From the NCBI GenBank assembly GCA_963718965.1, contig CAVRBJ010000022.1:82479-146478 (forward strand): a DNA stretch of 64,000 nt, given 5' to 3'. Source of the DNA: an uncultured delta proteobacterium (lineage in GTDB: Bacteria; Desulfobacterota; WTBG01; CAIYCZ01; CAIRTM01). The notes beneath the pieces were generated by a model. It searched no databases, was not told the origin of the DNA, and saw only the letters and a list, made by a program, of their open reading frames with translations. How positions within the stretch are numbered: the first letter of the stretch is position 1; every line of letters starts with the position of its first letter. Shown here piece after piece: positions 33,969 through 45,695 of the stretch. The translations under genes were made by a program, and so were the position numbers.

Positions 33969-34188
33969 CAGGCTTGTTTATTGTAAAATTAAATTTTATA
34001 TGATGCACAGGATTGGACATCAGGATGACTCCGGCATAGACTTAAACATACAACTATCCAAACAGCAGCAGAATATGGTAAATGAATTGTTATCCAAAAT
34101 ATGAGCTTGCCGCGTCCACCGTGGCGGACTCGAAATGAGACTTTATTTATCTGTCATGACTGGTGTTCTCATACTTAAAGGTATACGC

Positions 34189-35319
34189 ATGAAGAAAAAA
34201 CTTACAATCGGCATTGCGCTGGGAGCCATTGTCGTGGCCGCGCTGCTTTTTTTCGCACTGCGGGGAAAAAGTTCATCCCTCTACAAAACAGACAAGGCAG
34301 CCAAAGGCGATATCCGCTCGGCCTGCATAGCCACCGGCACGGTCAACCCCATCACCACCGTTCTTGTGGGCACGCAGGTTTCCGGCCGCATAAAAGAGCT
34401 GTATGCCGATTTCAACTCGCCCGTCACCAAGGGCCAGCTCATCGCGCTTATCGACCCGGCCCCCTTCGAGTCTCAGCTTGAGCAGGCCCGGGCAAATCTG
34501 CTGTCGGCGCAGGCCGCTCTTGCAAAGGCGCAGGCCACGGACAAAGAGGCGGTGCGGAATTTTGTGCGCAAGCAGCAGCTTTTTAACAGCAAGGTCATCG
34601 GCACAAGCGAGATTGACGCCGAAGAGACCAACGGCGCTGTGGCCAAAGCCCAGGTGGGTCTGGCCGAGGCACAGGTGGTGCAGGCCGAGGCCTCATACAA
34701 GCTTTCGGAAACAAACCTGCAGTATACGAAAATCATTTCCCCTGTTGACGGCATCGTCATATCGCGCAATGTCGACATCGGCCAGACCATGGCCGCCATG
34801 TTCCAGAGCCCGACGCTGTTCTCCATTGCCCAGGACCTGAGCAAAATGCAGATCAACACCAATGTGGATGAATCAGATATCGGCCGCATTCAGACGGGCC
34901 AGGATGCTGAATTTGTGGTTGATGCCTACCCTGAAACGGTTTTTACCGGCAAAGTTACGCAGGTTCGCAATGCGCCCGTGGTGGTGCAGAATGTGGTCAC
35001 CTACGATGTGGTCATAACCGTTGCAAATCCCGACCTCAAGCTCAAGCCCGGCATGACCGCCAATGTGTCGATTATAACCGGGGTTAAAAACGGCGTGCTG
35101 CGGTTACCCAATGCGGCGCTGCGCTTCAAGCCGAAAAAAATGCCTGCCAGCGCCCCGGGTGAACACGGCCAAAGGGTATGGCTCCCGGATGGCGATGAGG
35201 CAAAGCCCGTGAAGGTCAAAACCGGCATCACCGACGGCAGCTGGTCGGAGCTGCTCGAAGGAGACCTTGCTGATGGACAGGAGCTGATCGTCGGCCTTGT
35301 CGAAAAAGAAAAAAAGTAG
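34189..35319 (+). CDS. HlyD/MacA-family periplasmic adaptor subunit of a tripartite efflux pump
   Basis: N-terminal transmembrane anchor, coiled-coil (LEQARANLLSAQAALAKAQ), lipoyl and beta-barrel domains. Confidence 0.85.
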   Translation: MKKKLTIGIALGAIVVAALLFFALRGKSSSLYKTDKAAKGDIRSACIATGTVNPITTVLVGTQVSGRIKELYADFNSPVTKGQLIALIDPAPFESQLEQARANLLSAQAALAKAQATDKEAVRNFVRKQQLFNSKVIGTSEIDAEETNGAVAKAQVGLAEAQVVQAEASYKLSETNLQYTKIISPVDGIVISRNVDIGQTMAAMFQSPTLFSIAQDLSKMQINTNVDESDIGRIQTGQDAEFVVDAYPETVFTGKVTQVRNAPVVVQNVVTYDVVITVANPDLKLKPGMTANVSIITGVKNGVLRLPNAALRFKPKKMPASAPGEHGQRVWLPDGDEAKPVKVKTGITDGSWSELLEGDLADGQELIVGLVEKEKK

Positions 35320-35415
35320 AAAAAAGCCGTTCGAGAAGGTCGAACTTCGTATCGTCATTAAAAAAAGATCAGTCTGGGTGCTGGCTTAAGCCCAATGCTG
35401 TTCATTTAAGAGGTT

Positions 35416-35453
35416 CCTTCTCCCCTTGAGGGGAGAAGGTCAGGATGAGGGGT
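35416..35453. repeat. GC hairpin with GGATGAGGGG tail (related to the 41-42 kb direct-repeat family)
   Basis: CCTTCTCCCCttgaGGGGAGAAGGTCAGGATGAGGGG; compare CTCCCTCTCCCCTGGTGGGAGAGGGTTGGGGTGAGGG. Confidence 0.45.
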
Positions 35454-35639
35454 GTTGAAAACACAGCAAAACAACACGGCCACCTCACCTCGCGCCTCTC
35501 CCCCGTGCCGGGGGCGAGGAGGTGTTTTGCTTCAATGAACAGTATTGGACTTAAGCTACCATAAACTGTTTCTCAATAAAGGCAGCGCCCCCTGCTAACT
35601 ATCAGAACGTGCTGGAAAACCATTTCTTAGAAGCTCCTT

Positions 35640-36332
35640 ATGAAGGAAACCCTTATAGAAGTCAGCAGCCTCTCCCGTCTCTATCACGTGGGCGACAGCG
35701 ACATTGCCGCGCTCAACAATGTGAGCCTGAGCATCGGCAAGGGCGAGTTCGTGGCCATCATGGGCCCTTCGGGCTCGGGCAAATCAACTTTCATGAATCT
35801 CATCGGCTGCCTCGACACTCCCAGCAGCGGAACCTACAGGCTCGATGGCTCCGATGTGAGCAGCCTTGTGCGCGATGAGCTGGCGGAAATCCGCAATAAT
35901 AAAATAGGTTTTGTGTTCCAGGGCTTCAATCTGCTGTCGCGCACTACCGCCCTTGAAAACGTTGAACTGCCCCTGCTCTACAGCGGCATGCCTGCGCGCC
36001 AGCGGCGCGAGCGGGCACTTGATGCGCTCAAAACCGTGGGCCTTGAGGACCGCGTCGACCACCAGCCCAACCAGCTTTCCGGCGGACAGCAGCAGCGCGT
36101 GACCATAGCCCGGGCAATTGTCAATAAGGCCCCCATTATTCTTGCCGACGAGCCGACGGGAAATCTCGACACCAAAACAAGCGCCGAAATAATGGAGCTG
36201 TTCGTGCGGCTCAACCGGGACTCCGGCATTACCGTCATTCTGGTAACCCATGAGCACGATATCGCGGCTTACAGCAGGCGCCTGGTGCGGTTTCGCGACG
36301 GCAGCATTATCAGCGACGAGGAGACAGGGTAG
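35640..36332 (+). CDS. ABC transporter ATP-binding protein (MacB/LolD-type)
   Basis: Walker [10 protein letters not shown], signature LSGGQQQRV, Walker [12 protein letters not shown]. Confidence 0.85.
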   Translation: MKETLIEVSSLSRLYHVGDSDIAALNNVSLSIGKGEFVAIMGPSGSGKSTFMNLIGCLDTPSSGTYRLDGSDVSSLVRDELAEIRNNKIGFVFQGFNLLSRTTALENVELPLLYSGMPARQRRERALDALKTVGLEDRVDHQPNQLSGGQQQRVTIARAIVNKAPIILADEPTGNLDTKTSAEIMELFVRLNRDSGITVILVTHEHDIAAYSRRLVRFRDGSIISDEETG

Positions 36333-36480
36333 AATTCAGGGTTCAGGGTTCAGGGTTCAGGAGTTAAAATTCAGAAAACAGCTGGTGCGGAAAGAAGTTC
36401 GGAGTAAAATAATAAAAATTGTCAGGGGCAGGTTTCACACCTGCCCGGAGTTCGGAGAAAAGGAATCAGAAGTTAGCATT
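36333..36480. repeat. Degenerate tandem heptamer array (GGTTCAG-like)
   Basis: GAATTCAGGGTTCAGGGTTCAGGGTTCAGGAGTTAAAATTCAGAA ... AGTTCGGAG ... AGTTCGGAG. Confidence 0.5.
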
Positions 36481-36626
36481 AAATGAATAACAGTAGCATT
36501 TCAGGAGATGACTGCACGGTGAAACAAGTAAGCTTCTGGAAGCCTATGTATCTTCTCTAATCTGAATTCATGACTCAACTGAATTCTCTGATGAACATAT
36601 ATGACATGCTATAGAACCATTTACTC

Positions 36627-37856
<1,230 letters not shown>

Positions 37857-37882
37857 ATTACTCAATCATTGTCGGTACGGAT

Positions 37883-38923
37883 ATGCACTTTGATGATACA
37901 AACGGCATACGGCGGCGTCTGCTTGCCGGCCTTCTGGGCGTTGTCGTCACACTGGCGGGCGGCAGCCTCGGGTATTACCTGATCGGGCAGGGCCGCTGGC
38001 AGTTTGACGACTGCCTGTATATGACAGCCATATCCCTCACCACGGTAGGGTATGGCGAGATCATCGACGTAGGGGCAGTGCCCGGCGCAAGGCTCTATAC
38101 TATACTGCTGATCCTTCTCGGCATGGGAATTATCGTGTATTTTGCCTCAACGGTCGTGTCGTTCATCGTCGAGGAAAGGGAGTATTTCGGGAGAAAAAAA
38201 ATGGACAAGGAAATAGGCAAGCTGAGAAACCATGTCATCATCTGCGGCGGAGGGACGACAGGGGCCTGCACGCTCAAAGAGATGCAGGCAACGCGGACGC
38301 CCGCTGTGGTCATCGATGAAAGCGAAGAAAACATAAAAAAAATGATGGGGTCCGAGGAGACGGGGCCGTTCCCGTACATAATCGGCGATGCCTCGGCAGA
38401 CCATGTCCTGGTGCAGGCCGGCATCGAGCATGCCCGGGGCCTGGTGGCTGCCCTGCCCGAAGACCGGGACAACCTGTTTCTGGTCATCTCGGCCCATCAG
38501 CTCAACCCGAAGCTGCGCATCGTCTCCCGCGGCATCGAGCCAAATATAGCCGAAAAGCTCCGGCGGGCCGGGGCCGATGCAGTCGTATCGCCCAACCGCA
38601 TCGGCGGCATGCGCATGGCCTCCGAGATCATACGGCCCCATAGCGTTGAGTTTCTCGATCTCATGCTGCGCGACACTGCTGAGAGCCGCCGCGTCGATGA
38701 GGTCCGGCTGGGCCAGGGCTCGCACCTTGCGGGCAAAACTTTTGCACAGGCCGATCTCCGCAGCCATGCCGATGTGCTGGTCATGGCGGCAAAAACGCCC
38801 TCTGGCCAATACGTGCACAACCCGCGCCCCGAATTTCCCCTGGATCAGGGAACCGTGCTCATCGTTATCGGCACGGTCGATGAGATGCACAAGCTGCGCA
38901 AAGTCTGTCATGCCCCAGGGTGA
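37883..38923 (+). CDS. Potassium channel with a TVGYG selectivity filter and C-terminal RCK/TrkA-N domain
   Basis: ISLTTVGYGEI pore helix and filter; VIICGGGTTG Rossmann RCK. Confidence 0.8.
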   Translation: MHFDDTNGIRRRLLAGLLGVVVTLAGGSLGYYLIGQGRWQFDDCLYMTAISLTTVGYGEIIDVGAVPGARLYTILLILLGMGIIVYFASTVVSFIVEEREYFGRKKMDKEIGKLRNHVIICGGGTTGACTLKEMQATRTPAVVIDESEENIKKMMGSEETGPFPYIIGDASADHVLVQAGIEHARGLVAALPEDRDNLFLVISAHQLNPKLRIVSRGIEPNIAEKLRRAGADAVVSPNRIGGMRMASEIIRPHSVEFLDLMLRDTAESRRVDEVRLGQGSHLAGKTFAQADLRSHADVLVMAAKTPSGQYVHNPRPEFPLDQGTVLIVIGTVDEMHKLRKVCHAPG

Positions 38924-38964
38924 GCCTGCCTGGGCTCGCCGCTGCTGATCAATGAACAAAAAAT

Positions 38965-39002
38965 ATAAAGGGGAAGGCTTTAAAGCCCTCCCCTTTTTTT
39001 GT
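38965..39002. terminator. Bidirectional intrinsic terminator between the K+ channel gene and ilvD
   Basis: GGGGAAGGCTTTaaAGCCCTCCCC followed by TTTTTTTGTTT; the reverse strand also ends in a T-run. Confidence 0.65.
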
Positions 39003-39016
39003 TTCCGAGTGAAATG

Positions 39017-40678
39017 TTAATCCTTGAACACCGCGCCCGTGCTCGCCGATGTTACCATCTGCGCATAGCGGTAGGCATAGCCTTTTGTAATCTTGGGCTT
39101 TGGCGCCTTCCATGCAGCGCGGCGTCCGGCAAGCACCTTGTCATCAACCTTCAGATTGATGCTCCTGGCAGGGATATCTATCTCTATCACGTCGCCGTCT
39201 TCAACAAGGCCGATTGTGCCGCCTTCGGCAGCCTCGGGTGATACATGTCCGATGGCAGCCCCGCGCGTGCCGCCGCTGAAGCGGCCGTCGGTTATGAGCG
39301 ACACAGCCTTATCAAGTCCCATGCCGGCTATGGTCGAGGTGGGCGTGAGCATCTCGCGCATGCCCGGCCCGCCCTTGGGCCCTTCATAGCGTATGACCAC
39401 CACATTGCCCGCCTTTATCTGCCCGCCGAGAATAGCTGCCACGGCATCTTCTTCTGAATTAAACACCCGGGCCGTGCCGCTGCTTTTCATCATTTCATCA
39501 GCAACGGCAGACTGCTTCACCACAGCGCCGTCCGGGGCGAGATTGCCGCGAAGGATAGCAATGCCGCCCTGCTTGTGATGGGGCTTGTCAAGGGGCATAA
39601 TGACAGCATAATTCTTAACCGATGCCCGCTTCAGGCTCGCAGCCAGTGGCTCGCCTGTTGCAGTCATAACGCTTTCATCGATGAGCCCGGCCTTTGACAG
39701 CTCCTTCATCACTGCCATGATGCCGCCGGCAAGATCAAGGTCCTGAATATGCACCGGGCCTGCAGGGGAGAGCGAGCAGAGATGGGGCGTCTTTGCGCTC
39801 ACCTCATTGAAGGTATCAAGGCTCAGCTCCAGCTCAGCCTCATGGGCAAGGGCCGGCACATGCAGCACCGTGTTTGTCGAGCAGCCAAGGGCCATGTCAA
39901 CTGCCATGGCATTGCGGAATGCCGCAGGCGTTGCAATATCGCGGGGCTTAATGTCTTTTTCCACGAGTTCCATAACCTTCATGCCAGCCTTCTTGGCAAG
40001 GCGCACGCGCGCGGCATGCACTGCCGGTATGGTTCCGTTGCCGGGAAGTCCCAGGCCAAGGGCCTCGCTCAGGCAGTTCATGGAGTTTGCCGTAAACATG
40101 CCCGCGCAGGAGCCGCAGCCCGGACAGGCATTGTCTTCCAGCTCTTTCAATTCATCTTCGCTGACCGTGCCGGCCTTCACCCCGCCCACGGCTTCAAACA
40201 CATTAATGAGGTCAACCTCGCGGCTGCCCACACGGCCGGCAAGCATGGGCCCGCCGCTCACCACAATGGAGGGGATGTTCAGGCGCAGCGCAGCCATGAG
40301 CATGCCGGGGATGACTTTATCGCAGTTGGGGATGAGCACCAGGCCGTCAAATGGATGGGCCATGGCCATGACCTCGACGGAATCGGCAATCAGCTCGCGG
40401 CTGGCAAGGGAATACTTCATGCCTTCATGGTTCATGGCAATGCCGTCGCAGACGCCGATGGTTGAAAACTCAATCGGGGTGCCTCCTGCCATGCGGATAC
40501 CGGCCTTGACAGCATCGGCTATGATATCCAGATGAATATGGCCGGGAATGATTTCATTCTTTGAATTCACCACACCGATAAGAGGCCGGTTGATTTCCTC
40601 ATCGGTATAGCCCATAGCCTTGAACAGCGAGCGGTGCGGCGCTTTCTCAAGGCCTTTTTTCATTTTGTCGCTTCTCAT
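39017..40678 (-). CDS. ilvD: Dihydroxy-acid dehydratase
   Basis: [29 protein letters not shown] ... [12 protein letters not shown] ... Fe-S cluster Cys ligands. Confidence 0.9.
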   Translation of the reverse strand: MRSDKMKKGLEKAPHRSLFKAMGYTDEEINRPLIGVVNSKNEIIPGHIHLDIIADAVKAGIRMAGGTPIEFSTIGVCDGIAMNHEGMKYSLASRELIADSVEVMAMAHPFDGLVLIPNCDKVIPGMLMAALRLNIPSIVVSGGPMLAGRVGSREVDLINVFEAVGGVKAGTVSEDELKELEDNACPGCGSCAGMFTANSMNCLSEALGLGLPGNGTIPAVHAARVRLAKKAGMKVMELVEKDIKPRDIATPAAFRNAMAVDMALGCSTNTVLHVPALAHEAELELSLDTFNEVSAKTPHLCSLSPAGPVHIQDLDLAGGIMAVMKELSKAGLIDESVMTATGEPLAASLKRASVKNYAVIMPLDKPHHKQGGIAILRGNLAPDGAVVKQSAVADEMMKSSGTARVFNSEEDAVAAILGGQIKAGNVVVIRYEGPKGGPGMREMLTPTSTIAGMGLDKAVSLITDGRFSGGTRGAAIGHVSPEAAEGGTIGLVEDGDVIEIDIPARSINLKVDDKVLAGRRAAWKAPKPKITKGYAYRYAQMVTSASTGAVFKD

Positions 40679-40919
40679 AGAACCCTCCACATATAACAAC
40701 GGTTGCCTTTATAAGATTGCCTATAATTGTTCAAAGCGGTTTTTTTTTCAAGAAAATTCAAGACGCCCGGCTAAACTCCTGCTCGCATGAAGTCAAATAT
40801 AAGCACATCCAACCGGCTTGACATGGTGTGTTGACTCTCGATTATATTGAAAATTAAAAACAATCCTGCTAAAAGCATGCTAAAATTATATCCAAAGCAT
40901 CATGGGCTGCGCAAACAAC

Positions 40920-41060
40920 CAGTAGATCATCACATTTGATATTATAAGTTGAGATCACCCTCCCCTTAATCCCCTCACATCAAGGGAGGGGAAAATTGTT
41001 GACTCCCTCTCCCCTGGTGGGAGAGGGTTGGGGTGAGGGAGCCTATAAAATCATATGTGT
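40920..41060. repeat. ~140-bp direct repeat, upstream copy flanking the BON gene
   Basis: AGTAGATCATCACATTTGATATTATAAGTTGAGATCACCCTCCCCTTAATCCCCTC...CTCCCTCTCCCCTGGTGGGAGAGGGTTGGGGTGAGGG, ~90% identical to 42045-42185. Confidence 0.7.
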
Positions 41061-41167
41061 AATCTGCTAGCTATGTGTCATACTTTTTGGTTTAATTAAA
41101 TTTTCAATAATGCCGGGCAAATACATACATACTAACTATATTATAGACCTATAACAAAGGGGAGACG

Positions 41168-42046
41168 ATGCAAACAAACAGAATTTTTTTAAAAGGCACG
41201 ATTAGCATCAAACGTATATGCCTGTCTGGACACGCCGCTGCAGCAGTTCTTTTACTCCTGCTGTGCGTAATTTTGACAGCCTGCAGCCGTGGGCCCTCAG
41301 ATGAAGAGCTGCAAAAAAAAGTCGCTGCAGCACTTGATAATGATACGCAGCTACAGGGGCAAAAACTTGACATTGCCGTCAAGGAAGGCGAATTGACTAT
41401 TGCGGGTGAAGTTCCCACAGACGCAGAACGTCTGAAGGCCTATAAAAAAGCCGCTGACACGCCGGGAGTGAAAAAAGTCAATGACCGTATGAAGCTGCAG
41501 CCACCACCTCCGCCTCCCCGGGTGTATACCCTGCCTGCCGGAACCACGGTGCGGGTGGTTATGCTGAGTGGCGTCGATTCCAGCGTCAACAGGGTTGGGC
41601 AGACCTTTCCATCCAGCCTCGTCTTCGCCCTGACCTCCGGCGATACGGTCGTCATCCCCGAAGGAACCGAGGTGATGGTTATGCTGGCTGAAGCTCAGCA
41701 GGCAGGCCGTTTGCAAGGTGCAAGCCAGCTTGAAGTAACCCTGAAAAGCATCACCTGGCTTGGAACGACCTATGAGCTTAAAAGCGAAACAGTGTCAGCC
41801 GTGGGTGAGTCTCGCGGAAAACAGTCAGCCAAGCGAATCGGCATTGCTACAGGTGTTGGCGCAGCCGTGGGAGCCATTGCCGGCAAAGGCAAGGGAGCGC
41901 TTATCGGAGCAGGTATCGGAGCAGCAGGATCTACCGCCTACCAATTGGCGACAAAGGGGCCGTCAGTGCGGATCCCCGCACAGACCAAGCTCGATTTCAA
42001 GCTGCGTGACGCAGTAACTATTACACTTCCGCCAAAAGAACACTAG
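41168..42046 (+). CDS. Secreted BON-domain protein with a C-terminal glycine-zipper (YMGG-like) segment
   Basis: Signal/transmembrane N-terminus; BON region DNDTQLQGQKLDIAVKEGELTIAGEVPTDAERLKAYKKAADTPGVKKVNDRMKL; GIATGVGAAVGAIAGKGKGALIGAGIGAAGS zipper. Confidence 0.7.
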   Translation: MQTNRIFLKGTISIKRICLSGHAAAAVLLLLLCVILTACSRGPSDEELQKKVAAALDNDTQLQGQKLDIAVKEGELTIAGEVPTDAERLKAYKKAADTPGVKKVNDRMKLQPPPPPPRVYTLPAGTTVRVVMLSGVDSSVNRVGQTFPSSLVFALTSGDTVVIPEGTEVMVMLAEAQQAGRLQGASQLEVTLKSITWLGTTYELKSETVSAVGESRGKQSAKRIGIATGVGAAVGAIAGKGKGALIGAGIGAAGSTAYQLATKGPSVRIPAQTKLDFKLRDAVTITLPPKEH

Positions 42047-42185
42047 TAGATCATCACATTTGAAATTATCAGTTGAGATCACCCTCCCCTTAATCCCCTC
42101 CTATCAAGGGAGGGGAAATATTGGGCTCCCTCTCCCCTGGTGGGAGAGGGTTGGGGTGAGGGGACCAACAAAATCAAATGTGAAG
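42045..42185. repeat. ~140-bp direct repeat, downstream copy (starts on the BON gene stop codon)
   Basis: Direct repeat of 40920-41060. Confidence 0.7.
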
Positions 42186-42399
42186 GCCCACTAGCAGGTT
42201 GTTGAAAAAGTCAATGAAGGCAGGCTGTTTAAAAATGCTCAGATGCAAGGCGCACGAAATCATGAGAAATGAGGCGTACTTTTTGTACGCCGCAGTGAAG
42301 CATGATGAGCGCAACGCAGCAGATGGGCGTTTTTAAACAGCCTGCTAGGCTGAAAGGAAGGTCTATCAGAAAAGTTCCGAATACTAGTACCGCCTTACT

Positions 42400-42445
42400 G
42401 AAAAGAGGGGCCGTCAATATTCCCCCTTTTTCAAAGGGGGATTAA
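42400..42445. repeat. Double-hairpin repeat, internally deleted copy 4
   Basis: AAAAGAGGGGCCGTCAATATTCCCCCTTTTTCAAAGGGGGATTA: start motif joined directly to the second hairpin. Confidence 0.45.
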
Positions 42446-42478
42446 ATAGTCCGATTCCCTCTTTTACATGATACTTTA

Positions 42479-43335
42479 CTATGATTTATTCCGCATTAAC
42501 GGCACGGTAAAAACAATCGAGGCATAGCTGACCGTATCGGTATAATCCTGCAGCAAATCACCCGAGGTATAATACGCCAGCTTTGTTCCCCGGGCTTCCG
42601 GCGGCAGCATCTGGAGCAGCACAGCTATCGGGCGGCTGCCGCAGATAGTGGCGCCGGTCTCATCCACATAGCGCAGAAAGCCGCTGGCGTCGCGGGCGAT
42701 AATTTTTTTAATCGCATCGCCATCGAGCTTTGCAAGGTTCTGCTTCAGCTTGTCGCGAAACGGCATATACCCGAACCGCGGGCCGTAATGCGTAAAATCG
42801 GAGCTTGCCACAACCACGGTCTCTTCATTCATATATTTCCTGAGCTCCGCAGCAGCCACGGCATAGTCATGCCTGCCAAGCTCGCCGACCACAAGGGGCA
42901 CCAGGTCGAATGCTCCCAGCACCACCTGCAAAAAAGGCAGCTGCATCTCAAGGGAGTGCTCGGGCATCTCGGCATGCGAAGGGCCCTGAAACAGCGGCTG
43001 CCGGGCAAGGGCATCGCATATTTTCCGGTCAACGCGCACCTTCCCCAAAGGCGTCTCATAGGCTTCAACCCCAGATACCGCCATGCCGTGCATGCAGGTG
43101 TAATGCGACGGGCCCATGAGGATGACGCGCTTCACCGTCATGCCCTGCAAGGCCTTGTAGCCGCAGGCAGCAGCGCTGCCGGAAAACTGAATGCCCGCAT
43201 GGGGTGAAATCAGGCCGCAGGGCCTGCCCTTGAGTCTCCGGCAGCTGCGCGCCAGCCAGCAGCTCAGTGACCAGCTTCTGTCAGCTCGTCACTGGTGCCG
43301 GGATACCATGATCCTGCTATGGGTGATTTTCGCAT
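42479..43335 (-). CDS. MEMO1-family protein (AmmeMemoRadiSam system protein B-like); N-terminal 30 aa lie in another frame
   Basis: CGLISPHAGIQFSGSAAACGYKAL...VILMGPSHY; upstream frame MRKSPIAGSWYPGTSDELTEAGH matches the family N-terminus. Confidence 0.75.
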
Positions 43336-43730
43336 ACACACCTTTCCCCGCATCAGCTTTCGGGCTTTAACGGTATAAACAAAACTGCTCCCATGAGTGC
43401 CGGTGCTAGTAGTCGTATTTTATTTTTAGTATAGTTGCGGCGGAATATCAACTTTTTCTCATGCATGAAGTGTGATAGGCTCATGTCAATTTTGGATTTT
43501 GAAATGCGGATTTCAATTGGTTCTTTCCGGAATTCATTTAATACTATTTAAAAAGCTAACCACAGGGACACAGAGTGCCCGGAGAGAAGTTCCAGTAATT
43601 ATTAACGCCCTCTGTGAAAGCTGGCATTCAGACGGAATGTTTGTCGCCGTCTCCCGACAAACATTCCATTATTCAATCTCTGTGTTCTCCGCGCCTCTGT
43701 GGTCAATACCGGCGACTAAACAAAGATACT

Positions 43731-44993
43731 ATGACAAAAGACACCCGAAAACCCTGGCTGTATGTGCCGACGCTCTATTTCGCCGAAGGCCTGCCCTATG
43801 TGATCGTCAACACCGTTTCAGTCATCATGTACAAAAAAATGGGGCTTTCAAATGAGTTCATCGGCCTCACCAGCATCCTGTATCTGCCCTGGTTTCTCAA
43901 AATGGCGTGGAGCCCTTTTGTCGATATCTACAGCACCAGGCGGGCATGGATTATCGGCGCGCAGGCCATACTCTGCAGCCTGCTGGCACTGCTTGCCCTG
44001 TCGGTGCCGACGCCGCTGTTCATAGGAGCATCGCTTGCTCTTTTTCTCCTTATGGCCTTTGCCTCAGCCACCAATGATATCGCAACCGACGGCTTTTACA
44101 TGCTTGCGCTTGATACATCGCAGCAGGCCTTTTTTCTCGGCATTCGCTCGGCAGCCTACAGGCTCTCGCTGGTGTTCGGCTCGGGGCTGCTGGTGGTGCT
44201 TGCGGGTGTTATTGAAACCCGCACCGGCAATATACCCCTCAGCTGGTCTGCGGTGCTGGCAGCAGCCGCGCTGGTCTGCTGTGCTCTTGCCCTTTTTCAC
44301 CGGCAGTATCTTCCGAAACCTTTCGCTGATGCCGCAGGCGCCGCAGCCGGAAGCAGCGGATCAGGCTTTGCCGATGCTTTCATAACCTATTTCCGCCAGC
44401 CAAAAATTCTACCGGTTATCGGGTTCATTCTCCTGTACCGCCTGGGAGAGGCAATGCTTATTAAAATGGCAGCCCCTTTTCTGCTTGACCGCATCGATGC
44501 CGGAGGGCTGGGGCTTTCGACTGAAACCGTGGGAATTGTCTATGGAACGGTGGGAATCATATGCCTTTCAGCAGGCGGCATCCTTGGCGGCTGGCTTATT
44601 GCGCGGCTGGGCTTGAGGCGCATTATCTGGCCCATGGCCATCATCCTGAATGTGCCGCACCTGCTGTATGTGTATATGGCCATGGCCCGCCCGCCTCTTG
44701 CCGCAGTATATCTTATGGTGGGGGTTGAACAGTTCTGCTATGGCCTCGGGTTCACGGCCATGGCGGTCTTTATGATGTACAATGCCCGCGACCCGTACAA
44801 GACCTCGCATTTTGCCATCTCAACCGGGTTCATGGCCCTGGGCATGATGCTCCCCGGGATGATAAGCGGCGTGGTGCAGCAGGCGGTGGGGTATGTGAAT
44901 TTTTTCATCATCGTTGTTGCCATGGCACTTCCGGGCATGGCCCTTGTGCCATTTATACCGCTTGACGACCACGGGTCTGCGAACAATAAATAG
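43731..44993 (+). CDS. AmpG-family MFS permease (muropeptide transporter-like)
   Basis: 12 predicted TM helices; YFAEGLPY ... WSPFVD motifs typical of AmpG. Confidence 0.75.
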   Translation: MTKDTRKPWLYVPTLYFAEGLPYVIVNTVSVIMYKKMGLSNEFIGLTSILYLPWFLKMAWSPFVDIYSTRRAWIIGAQAILCSLLALLALSVPTPLFIGASLALFLLMAFASATNDIATDGFYMLALDTSQQAFFLGIRSAAYRLSLVFGSGLLVVLAGVIETRTGNIPLSWSAVLAAAALVCCALALFHRQYLPKPFADAAGAAAGSSGSGFADAFITYFRQPKILPVIGFILLYRLGEAMLIKMAAPFLLDRIDAGGLGLSTETVGIVYGTVGIICLSAGGILGGWLIARLGLRRIIWPMAIILNVPHLLYVYMAMARPPLAAVYLMVGVEQFCYGLGFTAMAVFMMYNARDPYKTSHFAISTGFMALGMMLPGMISGVVQQAVGYVNFFIIVVAMALPGMALVPFIPLDDHGSANNK

Positions 44994-45035
44994 AGCCACG
45001 ATGTCCCATGCCCATACCATTGCGAAGATACAGTT

Positions 45036-45105
45036 TATGACCCGCCCCGCCAGATAGACTACCGCTTTTACATATGCCTTCCTCCTGCCAAAAACCCGTT
45101 GTTTG
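45036..45105. repeat. 62-bp direct repeat R1a flanking the RelBE module
   Basis: TTATGACCCGCCCCGCCAGATAGACTACCGCTTTTACATATGCCTTCCTCCTGCCAAAAACCCGTT; second copy at 45696-45765 with 5 mismatches. Confidence 0.6.
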
Positions 45106-45119
45106 ATTTCGAAAATGAC

Positions 45120-45148
45120 TTGACAAAACATGCATCCCTGCATACATT
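45120..45148 (+). promoter_or_regulatory. Promoter (TTGACA-17-TACATT) with overlapping ATGCATCCCTGCAT operator palindrome for the relBE-like operon
   Basis: -35 at 45120-45125, -10 at 45143-45148; SD AGGAGG 6 nt before the ATG at 45177. Confidence 0.55.
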
Positions 45149-45176
45149 GTAATACATAAATGACAGGAGGTACGCC

Positions 45177-45395
45177 ATGAATACAGCGATATCAGTACGG
45201 CTTCCCAAGAATCTTGCCAGCCAACTCGATAGCATCGCCAAAGAGACCGAAAGACCCCGCTCTTTCATCATTCAGAAGGCACTGGAGTCCTATATCGAGG
45301 ATTTCGCGGATCTCCAGATCGCCCTGGACCGGCTCCACGACAAGGGGGATGAGGTTATTTCAGCCAAAGAGATGAGGAAGTCTCTTGGCCTATAA
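45177..45395 (+). CDS. Type II antitoxin, RelB/DinJ-like ribbon-helix-helix
   Basis: 72 aa; MNTAISVRLPKNLASQLDSIAKETERPRSFIIQKALESYIED; overlaps the toxin gene by 11 nt. Confidence 0.75.
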   Translation: MNTAISVRLPKNLASQLDSIAKETERPRSFIIQKALESYIEDFADLQIALDRLHDKGDEVISAKEMRKSLGL

Positions 45396-45645
45396 TATCG
45401 CCTACAAGAAGTCGGTCGCCCGCGACCTCAAGAAGCTATCGAAGCCCGAGGCGAAACGAATCCTGGACCTCATTGAGAAGGAACTGATCAAGCAGCCTGA
45501 ATCCAATCCTGTGCTCAAGGGTCAGTTTGCCGGGCTTCGCAAGTACCGCGTCGGTGACTACAGGGTGATCTATGCCCTGTTGGGTCTTGATATCCTTATC
45601 CTCAGAATCGGCAATCGTAAGGATGTTTACAAAGGCGAAATCTAA
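45385..45645 (+). CDS. Type II toxin, RelE/ParE family
   Basis: 86 aa; LKGQFAGLRKYRVGDYRVIYALLGLDILILRIGNRKDVY. Confidence 0.8.
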   Translation: MAYNIAYKKSVARDLKKLSKPEAKRILDLIEKELIKQPESNPVLKGQFAGLRKYRVGDYRVIYALLGLDILILRIGNRKDVYKGEI

Positions 45646-45695
45646 CCAGGGCTTGCAAGGAACGCCGATAGATTATCGGTGCGCATCGCGCAACC

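Noticed and set aside
40700-40760. TTGCCT...TATAAT promoter-like hexamers upstream of ilvD
   Set aside because: They are on the plus strand whereas ilvD is minus, and the spacing is ~13 nt; not a credible promoter for any nearby gene.
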